Assembly: GCA_051294375.1 (NCBI GenBank)
Contig: CM119268.1
Span: 5,957,525-6,021,524 of the forward strand
DNA from: Paraspadella gotoi
Lineage: Eukaryota > Animalia > Chaetognatha
DNA: 64,000 nucleotides
Direction: 5' to 3'
In this document: piece after piece, positions 57,601 to 64,000 of the stretch
Numbering within the stretch: position 1 is the stretch's first letter
How the letters are laid out: the number at the start of each line of letters is the position of its first letter
Translations under genes and position numbers: made by a program
The notes under the pieces: model-generated
Seen by the model: only the letters and a program-made list of their open reading frames with translations
What the model was told of the DNA's origin: nothing
Database searches by the model: none

Positions 57601-57993
57601 ACAAAAAATGTTGTCCACAGTGACATGAAGATGGCGAAGAACAAAGTTCCAGAATTGTCAAAGATCCGAGACGCTCTCGCCTTGAGACAACCAGAACGGA
57701 GGTCTACGTATTTGCACACTGATCGGATCGGTGCGGAAAATTGGATTAATTGGAAAGGTAATTGTAAGGTAATGGCGGAGTTATTGGATTAATGCAATTG
57801 TATTGATAATTATTGGATCAGAAATGTTAGAATGACTGGATTGCTGAGTTTATTAAATTTGGAAAAGTAATATTAATTGATGAGATCGAAGGCACTAATT
57901 GTATTAATTTGATGAAACAATTCTTAATTTATACAATCTAAAATTTAGACATGTCCTTTTAGCTTTTCGAAAATTAAAGGGATAGTTGCCTCA

Positions 57994-58031
<38 letters not shown>

Positions 58032-58111
58032 CGCCTCTCTTTCTCTCTCCTTAATCTTCCTTCTCTTCTCTCTCTCATTCCCTCTCTTTCTCTCTCTTAA
58101 TCTTCCTCTCT

Positions 58112-58180
<69 letters not shown>

Positions 58181-61100
58181 ACGTTTCTCGCAAAGAGGGC
58201 AGAGTGTGATGTTCATTGGCGGATTGCAGATTTCATCCGAGACGATGTCGTCCCCCCAATGACTCATTCCATAGATGAAGACGATGATGCCGACAATTGA
58301 TGCTGGGATCAACATCAAGATGTAGAACTCCAGCCAACTAAAAAGAAAACATTGATGTTGTTTTCCTCAGGATAAATTGCCATTATAATTTCATTCAGAC
58401 TTTTTTTATTTATTTATTTATTGATTTTTTTTAATTTTTGTATCAAATTATCATTTATCAAATTAGATTATTCGTTCATTCATTCATTTAGTCATTCATT
58501 TAGTCATTTATTGATTTTCATTCATTTCATTTTTGGAGGTTTCACTTTATATTCTATGTTTTATTTATTCATTCTTTCATTCGTTCAGTATTTCTTCAAT
58601 TCATTCATGCTTTCAATTCATACTTTTAATTCATTCATTCATTATTCACCCGAAGTAAAAAGCGATCCTTTCTCCGAAATAATCCCTGATGTAGTCAAGC
58701 GGTTGCATCTTGAAGAGACTGGTCCACGAACTCCAATAAGTACTGAGGACTTGACGTTTGTTGCGCCGAGTGCTGTCCACTTCACCTGAGAAGAAATTTA
58801 TGCTTTTTTCTGTTTACAAATTTTAAATAAATAAAATATTGGTCATTAGTATAACCAATATAAAAATTATTCATTCTTTTAATAAACAAGCTCTCATGCA
58901 CCTGACTTAGGACAATTGACATGCTATGACGGGTTAAGGCCTGACTAGTGACTACCTAATACAAGATAATAACATAGCAGGACTCTTCTCTCACACTCAA
59001 GTTTATTAACTCTCAGACTATTTGTGTCATGACTCATGAGACATCAATACTTTACGTACAAACTACTATTATTACTTAATTTAACTATAATTAACCTTCG
59101 TGCAAAGGATAAACTGCAGTGAAGACTCCATCAGCAACGAGCTTTGATATTCCATTGGCTTTCTCCTCTTTTCCTTCCTCATGGACCGAAGGAGGTTTTT
59201 CCAAATATTCAGTTCTCCTCAAGATGTAATTTACGATTCGACTCCTGAGCGGGAAAGTTGTCCAGTTAATCGTAAAGTTTATAAACTTGTAAGTTGAATG
59301 GAGATTTTAAATCATCTTTGTTTTGACGATTTTATGAAAGTCATTGAAATTAATAAAACTTTGTCATTATACTTTTAGATAAACAATATATATTTTTTTA
59401 AATTATATCAAACAATTCTGGATATAAAAGATTTATTAATTTTATTTGAACAAATTTTCATTAAAATTTATAAAAAAAAAACATTTATCACCAGTTTTTT
59501 GTGATGATTTCTCGACTGACCTGATTATCGGGGGAAAACATCTGTCCGGTCTCTCCAGATCGAACAAATACTTCTTATCGTTAGTGTAAGTCTCCATCAG
59601 TTGATTTACTTTCGAAGGCAAAATTTGTTCGTTTAGTCTGAAAGATGAAATTGAAAGATTTTAAATTATACATGGCGTTTGGGACAATGTCGTCATTTGT
59701 TAAAGCGTTAAATTTGGTCATTAGCGGCATTCGGTCATTGGCGGTATTTGGTCATTGCGGCATTTCGTCATTGGTGGCATTTGGTCATTGGCGGCATTTG
59801 GTCATTGGGGGCATTTAGTTATTGGCGTTATTTGGTCATTGGCGGCATTTGGTCTTTTAGTTCAGAACTGTTATATGTCTCTTGGCTATCATTGTCGTTG
59901 GTCGAATCATTAAAGTCATTGGCTTCATTGACGATGTTGCCGTCATTGTTGTCATTCGATGCTTGTGGTATCCTTGGCGTCATTAGGGTGGTCATTGCGT
60001 CATTGCTGCCAGCAGCATCACTATCGTAGTAAATTAAAAAAATGTTTCTTACTCATTCAACCGCAATAAAAAAAAGTTGATTTAAACGATAACTGATTAA
60101 GATCCGTATCAGTTTTCTCCGGAACCTAATATCCATGGTCCGACTAAAAAAAAACAAACCTACAAGCAGAAAGACAGAAAGACAAACCGAAAAAAAGACA
60201 GACGGGTAGTCAGACAGACGGTTTAAAAATAGTCCCTACTGACTTGAGCGGTTTTGTGAGGCAGGACAGAATTCCCTTGACGTTCGCCCTGAGGAGAGAA
60301 GCTCTCGTCGACATCCAACCTTTGTGTTGATTCGAGATTCGTGGATGAAGAGGCACTTGGACCTTTAATAGTTCAGCGTAGTTACTGGGGGGGGGAATTT
60401 GAAAATAACAATCGACGATGAAATAGTTTTAAATATTTAATAGATGAAATAGACTAAAGATAAAGACGGAAATCTATTTTCTTAGCAACTCGTGTTAGTT
60501 CTTTCTTTTACCACAATACAACCTTTAGCTCGTCACAAATTTTATTAAATGAATGGATAATTTTTATATTGGTTGTACCAATTTCATAAAATTCAGCTCC
60601 TTGTATTTTGATGCTGGGCGGAGTAATACTTAAGGGAGTGGTCTTTTCATACAATTGAAACTTTCTTTGAAACTTTCTTGTTGCGTCCACAATACCACTT
60701 TATTGATAGGGAAGCCAGGTACTCTGGGAGTGAATAAACGAGACTGTGAGAGAGTCTTGATCGAAAGCTTGCAGGGACCTGCTATGTCATTATCTCGTAA
60801 GAGTGATGCAGACCTTAAACCACCAAAGCCTGTCCAAAGTCAGGGGCAAGATAGCTTATTTATTAAACGAATGGATAATTTTTATATCGGTTGTACCAAT
60901 TTCATTTAAATAAATACCTAAACTCATTCTTACTATTCATTACCAATTTATTTATTTCATTTTAAAAATTACATATAAAAAAAAAGATGACAAACCTAAC
61001 GACATCGAAGGGCGCGTGAATCTTGACGAAGGTGACTCCGGCTCCTGGATCGACCACCTTCTTCTTTTCTCCTCCTCCCTCCACTTCCCCTTCATCCTCC

Positions 61101-62205
61101 TCTTCCGCAGCCTCGATCTCCATCTCCAATCCTTGTTCCTCCAATTTTCCCAAAAACGAATCGCGTCTCCAGGTCTTGAGTCTCTCGTCGTCGTCGTCGT
61201 ATTTTTTGAAGGCGACGACGACGTCGATTCGTCGAACTCCGTCGCGGAAGTTGAGGTCCCATCGAGCTGAGATGATTGGAGAATGAATTGAATCGAAGGA
61301 TCGATTTGACTTTCGATTGATAGATCGATTAATCGAATCGTCGATAGTTTAAATAAATTATTGATCTTTTAAGTGATTGGCTCCGTAATTGATCTAAAAT
61401 TTAATTTAGTGAGAAATAGATTTTTTTTATTGAATCACTAATTCATTGACTTCAATGAATTTTTTTTTCTTTTTTGACTGACCGATTGATTGATTATTTG
61501 ATATTTTATTGATTGAAAGATTGAAAGATTAAATATATAAATTATCCCAAATTGGATGGTTGATTTATTGAATGATTGATAAATTGCTTTATACAATGAT
61601 TGATAAAAAATAAAAAATATTAAATGATTTTTATAGACTTTCGATTTCGTTGTTTTAGGATTTAGGAAAAACAGTTTTTTGAAATGTTTTTGAAAGTTTT
61701 GAAACATGTCCAACTTACTTGTCATAAAAATTCGTTGCCACATTTCAAAAAACTTTTTTTCCTATAGGGTTTTTATTAAAGATGGCTCGATTCATGAATT
61801 TGAAAACTCATCAATTGATTGGTCCCTGAATTAAATAGATGATCTAATAAGGAATTGAATACTACATTTTGGTATTGTTTACTTGTTTATTTGTTTGTTT
61901 GTTTATTGTTTGTTTATTGGTTTACTTGTTTATTTGTTTACTCGTGAATCAAGTCATTTTTTTTATTGACTCCCTGATTTATTGATGAATTCATATATTT
62001 GTTGACTGACTGATTCGTTGATTAATCCTTTAAATTTCTAATGATTAATTCATTATTTTATTGACTGAATCACGTAGATCGATTCACCATTTTGATAAAA
62101 GTTTTCTTTTTCTTTTTTCACAGGAACGATTTCGACGATTTCGTCTTCAGTCGTGATTTCTTCCGTCGGCGTTGATTTAGAACTTTGCATTTCCAAGTCG
62201 CCCAT
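51652..62205 (-). CDS. Anoctamin / TMEM16 family Ca2+-activated channel or scramblase, ~904 aa, 18 exons
   Basis: Exons 62205-62088, 61266-60996, 60384-60244, 59637-59521, 59244-59096, 58785-58650, 58337-58183, 57718-57562, 57441-57358, 57051-56874, 55915-55815, 55307-55165, 54831-54628, 54228-54032, 53050-52879, 52597-52405, 52245-52144 and 51748-51652 are all GT-AG and in phase. Motifs: [89 protein letters not shown] and NIGVW. Confidence 0.95.
53141..53285 (+). repeat. Dispersed repeat family C (best copy)
   Basis: 'aaattggtacaac..atataaaa..atccatt..ttaataaataagctatcttgcccctgactttggacaggcttt' recurs near 12900, 55590 and 58845, and inverted near 60540-60590, 60815-60905 and 63555. Confidence 0.75.
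53455..53545 (-). mobile_element. tRNA-like SINE head
   Basis: The minus strand reads cagctcaattgaggagc...ctctttaa...ggttcaaaacc, which resembles A and B boxes. Confidence 0.4.
55430..55500 (+). mobile_element. tRNA-derived SINE head fused upstream of a family C segment
   Basis: A box tggcgttggagg and B box gggttcgaaccc at tRNA-like spacing; family C sequence follows at about 55590. Confidence 0.55.
56673..56714 (+). ncRNA. Minimal type I hammerhead ribozyme (Penelope-like element type)
   Basis: Stem I AAUG/CGUU, core CUGAUGA(A) 56677-56684, stem II GGCUUG-UAGU-UAAGCC, GAAA 56701-56704, palindromic ACAUGU stem III, and a GUC cleavage triplet ending at 56710. AATAAA follows. Confidence 0.72.
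57237..57347 (-). mobile_element. tRNA(Gly)-like SINE, family A copy
   Basis: Shares gggaggcgaatgacttgcctc..gacacca with the copies near 16370 and 40950. Confidence 0.68.
59714..59855. repeat. 17-bp minisatellite (TTGGTCATTGGCGGCAT), ~8 copies
   Basis: A degenerate tandem array in anoctamin intron 3. Confidence 0.85.
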
Positions 62206-63652
62206 CGTCTCTTTCTGTTTTTTTGTTTTTGTTTCTGTTGTTTTGTTTCCGTTTTTTTTTTGTTGTTGTTGTTTTTGTTGTGTTGCTGTTTTGTTTATGT
62301 TTCGTTTTACATTTTGTTCCTTGTTTTTTTTCCGGGTTTGGTCGAAGGCTTAGCTTTCTACATTATCCGCTCCTCTTTTTTCTATTCAATCGGACTTTTA
62401 ATTCAAGAGAAAACAAAGTACATTTGTTTACAAACAACGGGTTTTTTATATTTAAAGAAACGGAATTATTGCGACTCTAGTCATCATCTGCGCTTAGTGA
62501 CTTAATTCAAATTCCTTTATTAGTTTTATTCAAAAAAATTTTTCTTGAAAACTATTCAGGTTAAATTTGTTTTCCTTTGATCGATTGAGTTTTGAAATGT
62601 AGATAAAAAATTAACATCAAAATGATAAGATTGGTAAAATTTGAAAAAATTTTAACCAGAGCCAAACATTTGAATGAAACTGAATCCCAGAAAATTCGTC
62701 GGGTTAATTTTTCATTCGTATAATTGCATAGTTATATTAGACTAATAAACAAGGATAAACTATTGAGCAATTTACAACAATACCATGTTGGAAGTTAAAA
62801 TTTTAGCCGAAACTTTTACCAAACTTTTCATAAATGTAATGATATATTTACGTCAAAAGCCTAATATGTATAAAAATTTCAAATTGAGTAGGTGGGAGCA
62901 AGTTGAGCAGACAAACAGACGTGACACCCAGACAGAGAGACGATTTATAATAACAGCGAATTTAAAAATCTATTAAATTCGTTGCTCTAGATTCGACAAC
63001 CCGACGTATGTAAATTTTACATTAAAGCAAGAAATTAAGAAAAAATGATGACGATGACTCGAAACTTAGAAATTCCGTAGGAAAAGAAAAAAAAAACCTG
63101 TTTTGTGACAAAACAAAACAAAAACCAGGAAAGAATTTTTTTTTGGTTTTCTGTTTTTAAAGTCGAGAATCGGACGTTTCTCCCTAATTCAAGTTTTGAT
63201 AGAAGCAGACGACGACGAACGACGACGACGATGTCGACGAACGACGATGACGACGACGAATAACCAAACCCAAAAATATCCCGAGGAGTTCAAAACACGA
63301 AATGTCCCAGCGGCTTAAATCTCGCGGCAGCAGCAGAAAAGAATAACAGCAGGAATTCGTGCGGCTGGCAGAGCGGCGGAGCAGCGGCGGAGGCTGTAAA
63401 CGAAGGATGTCAATGATAATGATGATGATATTAATGTAGAATTTCAGAAAATATATATCAGCATGTCTTAAATCTGGAGGCAGGATAGCTTTTTTATTGA
63501 TGATATTATAAAGTATTGTTAAGAATTTTCCTATTTTTACCCTAATAAATAACTTGGTTGTACCAATTTTTTATTAATTTTTGATATATCGTGTAAAAAA
63601 AGCTTTAATTAAACGAAAGATTAAATGATGGTCACGCAAAATCTTTCCTTTT

Positions 63653-63688
<36 letters not shown>

Positions 63689-63949
63689 TCCATCTTACTT
63701 TCTTTCATCTTTCTGTCCCTGTCGCCTCAGCCATAACTCGGACTTGTCACGTGATCGTAAATGAGACAATTAAAAATTATTTGTGAAACATTACAACTCG
63801 CACTAGCTAACACTAAGACTTAAAGCTAGCTTTTTAACAATTAAACTATTCAATTTTTAAATATTTAAATCTTTTAACTACTTTAATTTTTAAATCTTTA
63901 ACTTTTTAACTTTTTAACTCAACATCCCCTTAACTTCTCAACTCCTCAT

Positions 63950-64000
63950 CTCGACTGCTGGACTCCTCAACTCGACTCCTCAACTCGACTCCTCAACTCG
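63950..64000. repeat. 13-bp tandem repeat (GACTCCTCAACTC) running off the window end
   Basis: Three perfect copies start at 63961. Confidence 0.8.

Overview
AT-rich, microsatellite-laden animal (invertebrate-like) nuclear DNA from a gapped draft assembly. Four spliced genes can be rebuilt exon by exon with consistent reading phases: a type II membrane collagen-gC1q protein (+, 3 exons), a myosin essential light chain (+, 4 exons), a p38 MAP kinase (+, 10 exons) and an anoctamin/TMEM16 (-, 18 exons). The window also holds a 5'-truncated Ty3/Gypsy retrotransposon, a non-autonomous DNA transposon with an 8-bp TSD, several tRNA-derived SINE families, Penelope-type minimal hammerhead ribozyme motifs and several satellites. 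Two large apparent duplications (20613-22062 inverted; 27744-36238 self-inserted) look like gap-filling artefacts. The most interesting observations are the ectodysplasin-like architecture of the C1q protein, an intronic hammerhead with an intact core, a phased array of about 22 B-box-like motifs, an NF-Y/E2F motif repeat at the p38 stop codon, and an atypical 5' splice-site spectrum. I found no prokaryote-type system and cannot claim a definitively new system. All family assignments come from motif recognition by eye, without database searches.
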